A DNA stretch of 64,000 nt from Elephas maximus. Taxonomy: Eukaryota. The first letter of the stretch is position 1; each line of letters begins with the position of its first letter. Positions 36,401-50,118 of the stretch are shown here, in pieces. Where the stretch lies: contig NC_064841.1 in the NCBI RefSeq assembly GCF_024166365.1, positions 46,439,680-46,503,679 on the forward strand. The letters run 5' to 3'. The notes below the pieces were generated by a model that made no database searches, was not told the origin of the DNA, and saw nothing but the letters and a program-made list of their open reading frames with translations. Position numbers and translations under genes: made by a program.

Positions 36401-39400
36401 AAGAGGGATTAAATACAGGTGGCATAGAACTGCCATATGGACAGTGACACAAGGCGATATAGGACAAGTTCGGTTTTAACTTAGAAAAATAGGGGTAAAT
36501 ATTAAGGTAACCACAAAGAGGTATAACAACTCCATAACTCTTAATGACAACCAAAAAAAACATAACGACTCAGCAAACATAAAGTCAAATACTATGAAAA
36601 TGAGGATCTCACAATTTACAAAGAAAAACGTCTCAGCACAAAAAAGTAAGTGCAAAAATGAAATTGTCAACAACACACATAAAAAGGCATCAAAATGACA
36701 ACACTAAACATTTAAAAAAAATTTTTTTTTAACACTTACTTACCTATACTTACGCTGAATGTAAATGGACTAAATGCACCAATAAAGAGACAGAGAGTCA
36801 TGGTCTGGATAAAGAAACACGATCCGTCTACATAGTGCCTACAAAAGACACACCTTAGACTTAGAGACACAAACAAACTAAAACTCAAAGGATGGAAAAA
36901 AATATATCAAGCAAACAATAAGCAAAAAGGAGTAGCAATATTAATTTCTGACAAAATAGACTTTAAACTTAAATCCACCACAAAGGATAAAGAAGGACAC
37001 TACATAATGATAAAAGGGACAATTGATCAGGAAGATATAACCATATTAAATATTTATGCACCCAATGACAGGGCTGCAAGATACATAAATCAAATTTTAA
37101 CAGAACTGAAAAGTGAGATAGACACCTCCACAATTATAGTGGGAGACTTCAACATACCACTTTCGGAGAAGGACAGGACAACCAGTAAGAAGCTCAACAG
37201 AGACATGGAAGACCTAATTACAACAATCAACCAACTTGACCTCATTGACTTATACAGAACTCTCCACCCAATTGCAGCAAAGTATACTTTTTTTTCTACT
37301 ACACATGGCACATTCTCTAGAATAGACCACATATTAGGTCATAAAACAAACCTTTGCAGAATTCAAAACATCGAAATATTACAAAGCATCTTCTCAGACC
37401 ACAAGGCAATAAAAGTAGAAATCAATAACAGAAAAACTAGGGAAAAGAAATCAAATACTTAGAAACTGAACAATACCCTCCTGAAAAAAGACTGGGTTAT
37501 AGAAGACATTAAGGAGGGAATAAGGAAATTCATAGAATGCAACGAGAATGAAAATACTTCCTATCAAAACCTCTGGGACACAGCAAAAGCAGTGCTCAGA
37601 GGCCAATTTATATCGATAAATGCACACATACAAAAAGAAGAAAGAGCCAAAATCAGAGAACTGTCCCTACAACTTGAACAAATAGAAAGTGAGCAACAAA
37701 AGAATCCATCAGGCACCAGAAGAAAACAAATAATAAAAATTAGAGCTGAACTAAATGAATTAGAGAACAGAAAAACAATTGAAAGAATTAACAAAGCCAA
37801 AAGCTGCTTCTTTGAAAAAATTAACAACATTGATAAACCATTGGCCAGACTGACTAAAGAAATACAGGAAAGGAAACAAATAACCCGAATAAGAAACGAG
37901 AAGGGCCACATCACAACAGACCCAACTGAAATTAAAAGAATCATATCAGATTATTACGAAAAATTGTACTCTAACAAATTTGCAAAACTAGAAGAAATGG
38001 ATGAATTTCTGGAAAAATACTACCTACCTAAACTAATACAATCAGAAGTAGAACAACTAAATAGACACATAACAAAAAAACAGATTGAAAAGGTAATCCA
38101 AAAACTCCCAACAAAAAAAAGCCCTGGCCTGGATGGCTATACTGCAGAGTTCTACCAAACTTTCAGAGAAGAGTTAACACCACTACTACTAAAGGTATTT
38201 CAAAGCATAGAAAATGACGAAATACAACCTAACTCATTCTATGAAGCCACCATCTCCCTGATACCAAAACCAGGTAAAGACATCACAAAAAAAGAAAATT
38301 ACACACCTACATCCCTCATGAACATAGATGCAAAAATCCTCAACAAATTTCTAGCCAATAGAATTCAATAACATATCAAAAAAATAATCCACCACGACCA
38401 AGTGGGATTTATACCAGGTATGCAAGGCTGGTTTAATATTAGAAAAGCCATTAATGTAATCCACCATATAAATAAAACAAAAGACATAAACCACATGATC
38501 TTATCAATTGATGCAGAAAAGGCATTTGACAAAGTCCAACACCCATTCATGATAAAAACTCTCAGCAAAATAGGAATTGAAGGAAAGTTCCTCAACATAA
38601 TAAAGGGCATCTGTACAAAGCCAACAGCCAACATCACTCTAAATGGAGAGAGCCTGAAAGCATTTCCCTTGAGAACGGGAACCAGACAAGGATGCCCCTT
38701 ATCACCGCTCTTATTCAACATTGTGCTAGAGGTCCTAGCCAGAGCAATTAGGCTAGAGAAAGAAATAAAGGGCATCCGGACTGGCAAGGAGGAAGTAAAA
38801 TTATCTCTATTTGCAGATGACATGATCTTATACACAGAAAACCCTAAGGAATCCTCCAGAAAACTACTGAAACTAATAGAAGAGTTTGGCAGAGTCTCAG
38901 GTTATAAGATAAACAGACAAAAATCACTTGGATTCCTCTACATCAACAAAAAGAACATCGCAGAGGAAATCACCAAACCAATACCATTCACAGTAGCCCC
39001 CAAGAAGATAAAATACTTAGGAATAAATCTTACCAAGGTTCTAAAAGACCTATACAAAGAAAACTACAACCTCTACTACAAGAAATTAAAAAGGACATAC
39101 TTAAGTGGAAAAACATACCTTGCTCATGGATAGCAAGACTTAACACAGTAAAAATGTCTATTCTACCAAAAGCCATCTATACATACAATGCACTTCCAAT
39201 CCAAATTCCAGTGTCATTTTTTAAGGTGATAGAGAAACAAATCACCAACTTCATATGGAAGGGAAAGAAGCCTCAGATAAGGAAAGCATTACTGAAAAAG
39301 AAGAAGAAAGTGGGAGGCCTCACTCTACCTGATTTCAGAAGCTATTACACAGCCACAGTAGTCAAAACAGCCTGGTACTGGTACAACAACAGACACATAG

Positions 39401-41532
39401 ACCAGTGGAACAGAATTGAGAACCCAGATATAAATCCATCCACATATGAGCACCTGATATTTGACAAAGGCCCAGTGTCAGTTAATTGGGGAAAAGATAG
39501 TCTTTTTAACAAATGGTGCTGGCATAACTGGATATCCATTTGCAAAAAAATGAAACAGGACCCATACCTCATACCATGCACAAAAACTAACTCCAAGTGG
39601 ATGAAAGACCTAAACATAAAGACTCAAACAATAAAGATCATGGAAGAAAAAATAGGGACGTTAGGAGCCCTAATACAAGGCATAAACAGAATACAAAACG
39701 TTACCAAAAATGATGAAGAGAAACCAGATAACTGGGAGCTCCTAAAAATCAAACACCTATGCTCATCTAAAGTCTTCACCAAAAGAGTAAAAAGACCACC
39801 TACAGACTGGGAAAGAATATTCAGCTATGACATCTCAGACCAGCGCCTGATCTCTAAAATCTAAAATCTACATGATTCTGTCAAAACTCAACCACAAAAA
39901 GACAAACAACCCAATCAAGAAGTGGGCAAAGGATATGAACACACATTTCACTAAAGAAGATATTCAGGCAGCCAACAGATACATGAGAAAATGCTCCCGA
40001 TCATTAGCCATTAATAGAGAAATGCAAATTAAAACTACAATGAGATTCCATCTCACTCCAACAACGCTGGCATTAGTCCAAAAAACACAAAATAATAAAT
40101 GTTGGAGAGGCTGCAGAGAGATTGGAACTCTTATACACTGCTGGTGGGAATGTAAAATGGTACAACCACTTTGGAAATCTATCTGGCGTTATCTTAAACA
40201 GTTAGAAATAGAACTACCATACAACCTAGAAATCCCACTCCTCGGAATATACCCTAGAGAAATAAGAGCCTTCACACAAACAGATATACGCACACCCATG
40301 TTTATTGCAGCTCTGTTTACAATAGCAAAAAGCAGGAAGCAACCAAGGTGTCCATCAACGGATGAATGGGTAAATAAATTGTGGTACATTCACACAATGG
40401 AATACTACGCATCGATAAAGAACAGTGACGGATCTGTGAAACATTTCATAACATGGAGGAACCTGGAAGGCATTATGCTGAGCGAAATGAGTCAGAGGCA
40501 AAAGGACAAATATTGTATAAGACCACTGTTATAAGATCTTGAGAAATAGTATAAACTGAGAAGAACACATTCTTCTGTGGTTACAAGCGGGGGAGGGAGG
40601 GAGGGTGGGAGAGGGTTTTTTACTGATTAATTAGTAGATAAGAACTGCTTTAGATGAGGGAAAGACAATACTCAATACATGGAAGGTCAGCTCAACTGGA
40701 CTGGACCAAAAGCAAAGAAGTTTCTGGGATAAACTGAATGCTTCAAAGGTCAGCGGAGCAAGGCGGGGGTTTGGGGACCATGGTTTAAGGGGACTTCTAA
40801 GTCAATTGGCAAAATAATTCTATTATGAAAACATTCTGCATCCCACTTTGAAATGTGGCGTCTGGGGTCTTAAATGCTAACAAGCAGCCATCTAAGATGC
40901 ATCAATTGGTCTCAACCCACCTGGATCAAAGGAGAATGAAGAACACCAACGTCACACGATAACGAAGAGCCCAAGAGGCAGAAAGGGCCACATGAACCAG
41001 AGACCTACATCATCCTGAGACCAGAAGAACTAGGTGGTGCCTGGCCACAACCGATGACTGGCCTGACAGGGAGCACAACAGAGAACCCATAAGGGAGCAG
41101 GAGATCAGTGGGATGCAGACCCCAAATTCTCATAAAAAGACCGGACTTAATGGTCTGACTGAGACTAGAGGAATCCCGGCGGTCATGGTCCCCAAACCTT
41201 CTGTTGGCCCAGGACAGGAACCATCCCCGAAGACAACTCATCAGACATGAAAGGGACTGGACAGTGGGTAGGAGAGAGATGCTGATGAAGAGTGAGCTAA
41301 TTATATCAGGTGGACACTTGAGACTGTGTTGGCATCTGTCTGGTGGGGGGATGGGAGGATAGAGAGAGTTGGAAGCTGGCAAAATTGTCACGAAAGGAGA
41401 GACTGGAAGGGCTGACTCATTAGGGGGATAGCAAGTGGGAGTACAGAGTAAGGTGTATATAAACTTGTCTGACTTGATTTGTAAACGTTCACTTGAACCT
41501 CAATAAAAGTTACTTAAAAAAAAAAAAAAAAA
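33462..41532 (+). mobile_element. Full-length LINE-1 (element B, about 8.1 kb) with at least 15-bp TSD AAAAAAAAGGACAGA
   Basis: Starts GGGAGAGGGGCCCAAGATGGCTGACTAGGTAG. 5'UTR has about 2.5 tandem monomers of roughly 214 bp (33645-34200). ORF1 at 35225-36290 has one frameshift. ORF2 at 36695-40534 is split into at least five frames (EN, RT with FADDMILY, Cys domain). 3'UTR and A16 at 41517-41532. Confidence 0.9.
35225..36290 (+). pseudogene. L1 ORF1 of element B (coiled-coil, RRM and CTD), one frameshift near 35680
   Basis: 150-aa N-terminal ORF (METAVDIKPHKEADHD...) and 191-aa C-terminal ORF (MWDSIKKDNLHVIGVPEQ...PAKLSLKYEGEIKIF...), typical ORF1p. Confidence 0.85.
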
Positions 41533-41533
41533 G

Positions 41534-44500
41534 GACAGAATGGTTCCAGCAGGCATCCAACATAAAACACCAGATGACTTTTCTGTAGAAGAAAAGGCAC
41601 TAGAACTCCCTGATAGGGAATTCAAATCTCTAATATTTAGGCTATCCAAGAGTTGGAGCAAAAAACAAATAAAAACGAGGAATAGGTAAATTCATGAAAA
41701 AGGCAGGCAAATTCACAGAAAATACGGATAAAAAATGAAAAATTCAGAAAAATAATACAGAAACAAAGGCAAAAATAAATTCACAACTACAAATCATACA
41801 AAAACAACTATTAGAAATCCAAAAGATAAACAATCAGATTTCAGAAATGGACAGTGTCACAGAAGAAGCTGAGGAGCAGGTTTGAAACAGTGGAAGACAG
41901 GATCAGCAAAATTGAAGACAAACACCTGGATACAACTTTGTTTGAGGAAAAAATCAGAAAAATGAAAAAATAAAAATGAAGAAACCCTGAGAATTATGTG
42001 GGATAAAATCAAAAACAAAAATTTGTGAGTGATCAGAGTGCCAGAACATGGGGAGAAAATGGAAAACACAGAGACGATCATTGAAAAATTGCAGACAGGA
42101 AACTTCCCTAACATCATCAAAGATGAAAAGCTGACAATGCAAGAAGCTCAACAAACCCCACATAAGACAGACACCAAAAGAAAATCACGAAGCCATATCA
42201 TAATCACACTTGCTAAAATGAAAGGCAAAAAAAGAATCCTGAGAGCTGATTGAGAAAAACAAAAAGTCAAAAACACAGGAGAAACAATAAGACTAAGTTC
42301 TGATTATTCAGAGGAAACCACGCAGGCAAGAAGGCAATGGGATGTCATATACAAAACCTTGAAAGAAAAAAATTGCCAATGAAGAAAAATATATCCTGCA
42401 AAACTGTTATTCAAATATGATGGTGAAATTAGGGCATTTCCAGATAAATAGAAATTAAGGGAATACGTAAAAAATAAACAAAACTTATAAGAATTATTAA
42501 AGGGAGTCTTTTGGTTTGAGAACAAAAACCAAGAGACCACAGCCTGAATCTAGGACATGAGATCAAACCAGATAGATACCAACCTAGGAAATGAACTCTC
42601 AGGGACTATCCAAAACCAAACGAATTACAACAGGGAACCAGAGAGGTTAATCTGTAAATGACAACACTATGAGAACAATAAAGGATGGAATAAACATTGT
42701 TTAGAACTTTCTAATGGAGTTTTCTTTTTTTTTAATGGAGAGGAAGGCAAGGCAATACCAATAGACTGGTTCAAACCAAGGCAGGTAAGGGTAAACATCA
42801 GGATAATCACAAAGAAAGTTAACCAACCTGCTCATCAAAATACAGAAGGAAAACATAAAGTCTCATTAAAACAAAATCTACAAAAACCAAAGAAATGAAA
42901 AAGCAGTCCACAAACAAAAGGAGTTCAGCACAGGAGAATAAGAGGAACAAGGAAAACGACAGCACCACAAAGGAAAAAAAACCACTGCAAAATGACAGCA
43001 ATAAACTCACACCTATCAATAATTACACTCAATGTAAAAGTCCTAAATGCACGCATAAAGACACAAAGTGACAGAATGGATAAATAATAATAAAAAAAAA
43101 ACAGGACCCATCGGTATGCTGTTTACAAGAGACACACCTTATAAGCAAAAATGTAAATTTATTAAAAATCAAAGTATGCAAAAAAATATATCAAGTAAAT
43201 GGCTTCCAAAAAGAGCAGAAGGGGCAATACTAATCTCACATAAAACAGACTTTAAAACAAAATCCACCACAGAAGACAAAGAAGGGCACTGTATAATGAT
43301 TAAAGGGATGACCCATGATGGAGACATAACCATAATGAACACCTGTCCGCCCAATGAACAAGCCTCAAAATACATAAAACACTCTCTATCTGCACTGAAA
43401 AAAAAATTCACAATAACAGAAGGAGACTTCAACACACCACTCTCGGTAAAGGGTAGAACACGTAGAAAGAAACTTAACGAAGACAAAGAATACCTAAAGG
43501 GTACGATCAGCCAACTTGAGCTCATAGACATATATAGAACACTCCCCCCATCAGCTGTAAAGGACACATCCTTTTCCAATGCACATGGAATGTTCTCCAG
43601 AGTAGATCAGTTCGTGGGCCAAAGAGCAACCCTCAACAAAATCCAAAACATTGAGATAATACAAAGCATCTCCTTGGACCACAACACAATTAAGGCAGAA
43701 ATTAACAACAGGAAGAGCAAGAAAGAAAATGTCAATTACATAGAAATTGATTAACACCCTACTTAAAATCCAGTGGGTAATAGAAGAAATCAGAGATGGG
43801 ATGAAAAAATTCCTAGAATCAAATGAGAATGAAAACATATTATACCAAAACCTTTGGGAAGCAGCAAAGGCAGTCCTCAGAGGTCAATTTATAGTAATAG
43901 GTACACACAACAAAAAAGAAGAAATGCCCAAAATCAAACCATTAGCTACACAATTCGAATAGCACTAGCACACACAAAAAAAATGCCCACAGACACCAGG
44001 AGAAAGGAAATAATAAAGATCAGAGCAGAAATAAATGAAATAGAGGAAGTTAAAATAATAGAAAGGGTGGGCAGGTGTTCATTATGGTTATGTCTCCATC
44101 ATGTGTCCTCCCTTTAATCACTATATATTGCCTTTGTCATTTATGGTGGATTTGTTTTAAACTATTTTATCTGAGATTAGTATTGCCACTTCTGCTCTTT
44201 TTTGGAAGCCATTTGCTTGATATATTTTTTTTGTATCCTTTGATTTTTAATAAACTTACATCTTTGTAAGGTACGTCTCTTGTAAACAGCATACTGATGG
44301 GTCCTGTTTTTTTTTTTTTTTAATTAAAAAACAAAAAGTTAGTCCTTTGAAAGCATCAACAAAATTGACAAACCACTGGTTAAACTGACAAAAGAAAAAC
44401 AGGACAGGATGCAAAAAAAATAAGATGTGAAATGGGGGACATTACAACAGACCCAACGGAAATAAAAAGGATCATAACAGAATATTATGAAAAATTATAC

Positions 44501-47500
44501 TCCAACAAATCTGAAAACCTAAAGGAAATGGAGAAATTTCTAGAGACACACTACCTACCCAAACTAACACAAAATAATGTTGAAAATCTGAACAGACCCA
44601 TAACAAGAGAGGAGATTGAAAAGGTTAAAAAAAAAAAAAAAAAAACTCCCAAAGAAAAACAATCACTGGCCCACATGCCTTCACTGGAGTATTCTACGAA
44701 ACATTTAGAGAGGAGCTTACATCAGTACTACTCAAACTATTTCAGAATATAAAGGAGGAAGTGACACTTCTGAATTCATTCTATGAAGCCAGAATAATCT
44801 TGACACCAAAACCAGGCAAAGATACCACAAAAAAAGAAAATTACATACCAATATCTCTCATGAATATAGATGTAAAAATTCTCAAAAAAAAAAAACTCTA
44901 GCCAATAGAATTCAGCATCATATAAAAAAAATAATACATCATGACCAAGTAGGATTCATACCAGGTATGCAAGGATCGTTCAACAATAGAAAATTAATCA
45001 ACATAAGCCACCACATAAATAAAAGGAAAGAAAAGAATCACATGATCACTTCAACTGATGCAGAAAAGGCATTCAATAATGTCCAAAACCCATTCCTGAT
45101 AAAAACTCCCAATAAAATAATTATGAAGGGAAATTTCTCAACATAATAAAGGGCATCTATGCAAAATCAACAGCCAACATCATTCTTAATGGACAGAGGC
45201 TGAAAATATTCCCCTTGGGAACAGGAAGAAGACAAGGGTGCCCTTTATCACCACTCCTATTTAACATTGTTCTGGAAGTTGTAGCTCAAGCAAGAAGGAA
45301 AGAAAAAGAAATAAAGGGCATCCAAATTGGTAATGAAGAAGTTAAACTGTCTCCATTTGCAGATGATATGATACTATACATAGAAAACCCAAAAGACTCC
45401 CCAAGAAAACTACTGGAACTAACAGAAAGATTCAGCAGAGCAACAGGATATAAGATAAACATACAAAAATCAGTTGGATTCCTAGACACCAATAAAGAGA
45501 ACGATGAAAAGGAAATCAGGAAAACAATACCATTTATAACAGCCCCTAAGAAAATAAAATACTTAGGAATAAATCTAACCAGGGATGTAAAGGACCCATA
45601 CAAAGAAAACTACAAAACTCTGCTGTAAGAAACCAAAAGAGATGTACATAAAGGAAAAAACATACCATGCTCATGGATAGGTAGACTCAACATTGTGAAA
45701 ATCATAACTCTACCCATACCAAATACAATGCAATCCTGATCCAAATAACAACATCCTTTAAAGGGATGGAAAAACTTATCATTAACTTTATATGGAAAGG
45801 GAAGAAGCCTCAGATAAGTAAAGCACTATTGAAGAAAAATAAAGTAGGGGGATTCACACTACCTGACCTCAAAACCTACTATACAGCTACAGTAGTCAAA
45901 ACAGCCTGGCACTGGTATAACGACAAATACACTAATCAATGGAACAGAATTGAGAACCCAGATGTAAATCCATCCACCTATGGTCACCTGATCTTTGACA
46001 AAGGCCCAAGGTCCATCGAATTGGGGGAAAGACAGCCTTTTTAATAAACAGTGCTGGCAAAACTGGACATCCATCTGCAAAAAAATGAAACAGGACCCAT
46101 ACCTCACATCATACACAGAAATTAACTCAAAATGGATCAAAGACCTAAATATAATGCCAAAATCTATAAAGTTCATAGAAGAAAAAATATTAATCAGCTC
46201 TATTTTTTTTTTAGAGGCCCTAATACACGGCATTAACAGGATACAAACCATAACCAACAATGCACAAACTCCAGAAAATAAACTAGATAACAGAAATCTT
46301 CTAAATATTCAACTCTTACACTCATCAAAAGACTTCCAAAAGAGTAAAAACAGAACCTACAGAATGGGAAAAAAAATTGTGGCTATTAAAAATCAGACAA
46401 AGGTCTAATCTCTAAAATCTACAGGAAAATCCAACACCTCTACAATAAAGAGACAATCCAATTAAAAAATGGGCAAAGGAAATGAACAGACACTTCACCA
46501 AAGACATTCAGATAGCCAACAGCCTCATGAGGAAATGCTCGCAATCACTAGCTATTAGAGAAATGCAAATCAAAACCACTATGAGACACCACCTCACCCT
46601 GGCATTACTGGCACAAATCAAAAAAGTAGGAAATAACAAATGTTGGAAAGGCTGGAGGGATATCTGAACTCTTAAACACTGCTGGTGGGAATGCAAAATG
46701 GTACAAACATTTTGGAAAATGTTATGGCATTTCTTTAGAAACCTAGAAATAGAAATATCATATGATCCAGCAATAAAAAAAAAAAACCCAGTGCCGTCGA
46801 GTCAACAATCAAACTCCTACAAATATATCCTAGGGAAATAAGAGCCATCAGGTGAATAGACATATGCACACCCACTGCAGCACTGTTCACAACAGCAAAA
46901 GGATGGAAACATCCTAGAGGCCCATCAACAGATGAATGGATAAACAAACTATGGTAAATACACACATTGGAATATTATGCACCTATAAAGAACAATGATG
47001 AATCTGCAAAGCATCTCATAACATGGATGAATCTGGAGGGCATTATGCTGAGTGAAATAAGTCAATCACAAAAGGGCAAATATTGTATGAGACCACTACT
47101 GTAAAAACTCATGAAAAAGTTTACACACAAAAAGAAACATCTTTGATGGTTATGAGGGAGGGGAGGGGCGGGGATGGAAAAATATAAATGGACAATAGGT
47201 AAGTGGTAACTTTGCTGAAGGGTAAGATAGTACACAATACTGGGGAAACTAGCACAACTTGTACGAGGCAAGGTCACAGAAGCTCCATAGACACATCCAA
47301 ACTCCCTGAGGGACCGAACTGCCTGGCTTAGGGCTGTGGGAACCATGGTCTTGGGGAACATCTAGCTCAACTGGCATAACATCATTTATAAAGAAAATGT
47401 TCTACATTCTACATTGGTGAGTAGTGTCTGGGGTCCTAAAAGCCTGTGAGCAGCCATCTAAGATACTCCACTGGTCTTACCCCTTCTGGAGCAAGGAAGA

Positions 47501-48045
47501 ATGAAGAAAACTAAACATAAAAGGGAAAGATGAGTCCAAAGGACTAACAGACCACATCTATCACGGCCTCCACCATTCTGAGTCCAGAACAGCTAGATGG
47601 TGCCCAGCTATCACCACCAACTGCTCTGACAGGGATCACAGTAGAGGGTCCCAGACAGAGCTGGAGAGAAATACAGAACAAAATTCTAACTACAAAAAAT
47701 GGCCACACTTCCTGGCCTGACAGAGACTGGGGAAACCCTGAGACTATGGCCCCCAGACACCCTTACAGGTAAGGAATGAAGTCACTCCTGAGGTTCACCC
47801 TTCAGCCAAAGATTAGACAGGTCCAAAAAACAAAACGAGACTAAAGGGGCACACTAGCACAGGGGCAAGGACTAGAAGGCAGGGGGAGAAAGGAAAGCTG
47901 GTAATTGGGAACCCAAGTTTGAGAAGGGAGAGTGTTGACATGTCATGGGGTTAACTAATGTCATAAGACAATATGTACATTAACTGTCTAATGAGAAACT
48001 AGTTTGTTCTGTAAACTTTCATCTAAAGTACAATTTAAAAAAAAA
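41534..48045 (+). mobile_element. Body of older L1 element C (ORF1 remnant, ORF2 EN/RT/C-terminus, 3'UTR, A9 tail); many stops and frameshifts
   Basis: EN domain ORF 43068-43754 (...GDFNTPLS...), RT pieces 44432-45628 (FADDMILY), C-terminal pieces to about 47100, 3'UTR ending ...CTAAAGTACAATTTAAAAAAAAA. Confidence 0.8.
44068..44330 (+). repeat. Inverted internal duplication: about 260 bp copy of element C positions about 43090-43350, inserted in opposite orientation inside C ORF2
   Basis: The reverse complement of 43100-43350 aligns almost base for base with 44075-44325 (GGCAGGTGTTCATTATGGTTATGTCTCCATCATG...TGTAAACAGCATACTGATGGGTCCTGTTTTTTT). It interrupts the ORF2 sequence between ...IIERV and [11 protein letters not shown].... 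Confidence 0.75.
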
Positions 48046-50118
48046 GTGGAAGAGCAAACTCTAGAGAAGGGAGAGATTTTAATTTCCACAGATATCACAG
48101 TAAAATAGCCTAATATTCCAATTACGACAGAGAGGCACAAAGCATACACAGTGGGAGGAAAGGATGACCCACGCGAATGACCAAAATAAGGGGACAGTAA
48201 CTGCCCCGAGGAAGAACAGATAACAGAATCACTTACCAAAGACTTACCAAACAGTTTTAAGCATGCTCAAAGAGCTTAAGGAAAAAGAAGTAAAGGAAAT
48301 CAGAAAAATGATACAAGGACAAAATAAGAATTTCAACAAGGAAATAGAAATACTGGAGCTGAAAAGTTCAATGACATAAATGAACAATTCTCTGGAAGGG
48401 ATCAATAGCAGATTGAAACTGGCAGAAGAGAGAATCAGTGACTTCAAAAACAGAGCAATTGAGATTGTTCAGTCCGAGGAGCAAAAAGAAGAAAGAGTAA
48501 ATACAAATGAACATCATCGACTGAGTAATACATGCATTATGGGAGTCCCAGAAGGAGAAGAGAGAGAGAAAGGGACAGGAAGGATTTTTGAAGAAATAAT
48601 AGCTAAAAACTCCCCAAATATGACAAAATGACAGAAAGTTATAGATCCAAAAAACTCAATGAACTTCAGGTAATAAAAATCCAGAAAGAATCGAACTAAG
48701 GTATATTATAATCAAACCAAGGATAAAGAGAAAAATTTGAGAGCAGTACAACAGAAGTATTACATACAAACGGTCCTCAATAAGATTAAGCACCAAAATC
48801 TCTTCCAAAACTAGGCCAGCAATAAGGTAGTGGGATGACATAGTTAAAGTGTTGAAAGAAAAGAACTTGCTGCCATGAATAATATATCTAACACATCTGT
48901 CATTCAAAAAATGAGGGAGAAATAAAGGCATTCACAGATAAACAAACCTGAGAGAATTTCTTACCACCAGGCCAGCCCTTCAAAAAATATTAAACAGTCT
49001 TCCAGAAGAAAAGGTAAGGATACTAGATAGCAACTTAAAGTTGTACATACAGGGAAAGAAAATATTTTTCATTAATGGAAACTTCTTGACAGATCAGATT
49101 TAAGGTACTTTTCATTGACAAATAAAACTGATATATCCTCCAAGCTTTACAATGACATAAGCATAGGAAAAACCCTGAAAATAAAAAATATATATGTGTA
49201 TAGGTGTGTGTGTGTGTTTATAAAACAAAAAAAAAAATCCATTGCTGTTGATTCTGACTCATGTACATGTATACATAATAAATTTAATTTTAAATTACAG
49301 GGTAGTCAAAGTATAAAGATGTAATTAGCGATAACAACAATATAAAACAGAGGGCAGGGGGAATAGCATAGATATAGAGTTTTTCTATGTTACTGAAATT
49401 GACGTAGTATTAATATAAATAAGCTTGTTATAAAAATAAGATGTTAAATGTAATTAGTCCTCATGGTAACCAAAAGCTAACAAAAAATTATATACAAAAA
49501 TAAAGAAGGAAAACAAATCATTGATCACATAAAAGAGAGCGAAAGACAATCTATACACAAAATAAGTCAGCGCTGGAGGAAAAGAAGGACAAAAAAGGTA
49601 TATAGGACACACAAAACACAAATTAACAAAATGACAGAAGGCCTCCTTTATTGGTAATTACCATGAACATAGATGGATTAAATGTTCCAATTAACAGGTA
49701 CAGAGTGGCGGAATGAATTTTAAAAAATATGACTCATCTATCTGTATGCTGTCTACAAGATCTTGTATCTACCATACTCACAGTGACATAAATAAGTTGA
49801 AAGTGAAATGATGAGAAAAAAAAATTCCACGCAATAGTAATGAAGACAGCAGATGTGGCAATTTTAATATCAGACGAAATAGACTTTAAGTCAAATTATA
49901 TTATAAGAGATAAAGAAGGGCAAGGAATAATGATATAAGAGTAAATCCATTAAGAAGATATAACAATAATAACTAATTATGCAATTAATGTAAGAGTACC
50001 AAAATTTATAAGGCAAACTAAAAAATGGAATGGAGACATACACAAATCTAAAACAATAGCTGGAGATTTTCAATATTGGATTAAACAAGTAGAAAGAAGA
50101 TCGATAAAGAAATTACAG
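48046..50118 (+). mobile_element. Old L1M-like LINE-1 (element F), segment 1: ORF1 and start of ORF2 EN
   Basis: ORF1-like frame ...NSLEGINSRLKLAEERISDFKNRAIEIVQSEEQKEERVNTNEHHRLSNTCIMGVPEGEEREKG.... ORF2 EN start at 49630-50118. Heavily degraded. Confidence 0.7.

Noticed and set aside
46775-46805. About 30-bp AfroSINE-tail-like sequence (AAAAAAAAAACCCAGTGCCGTCGAGTCAA) inside L1 C ORF2
   Set aside because: It is too short to call an insertion with confidence and could be a chance microhomology or a fragment of a decayed SINE.
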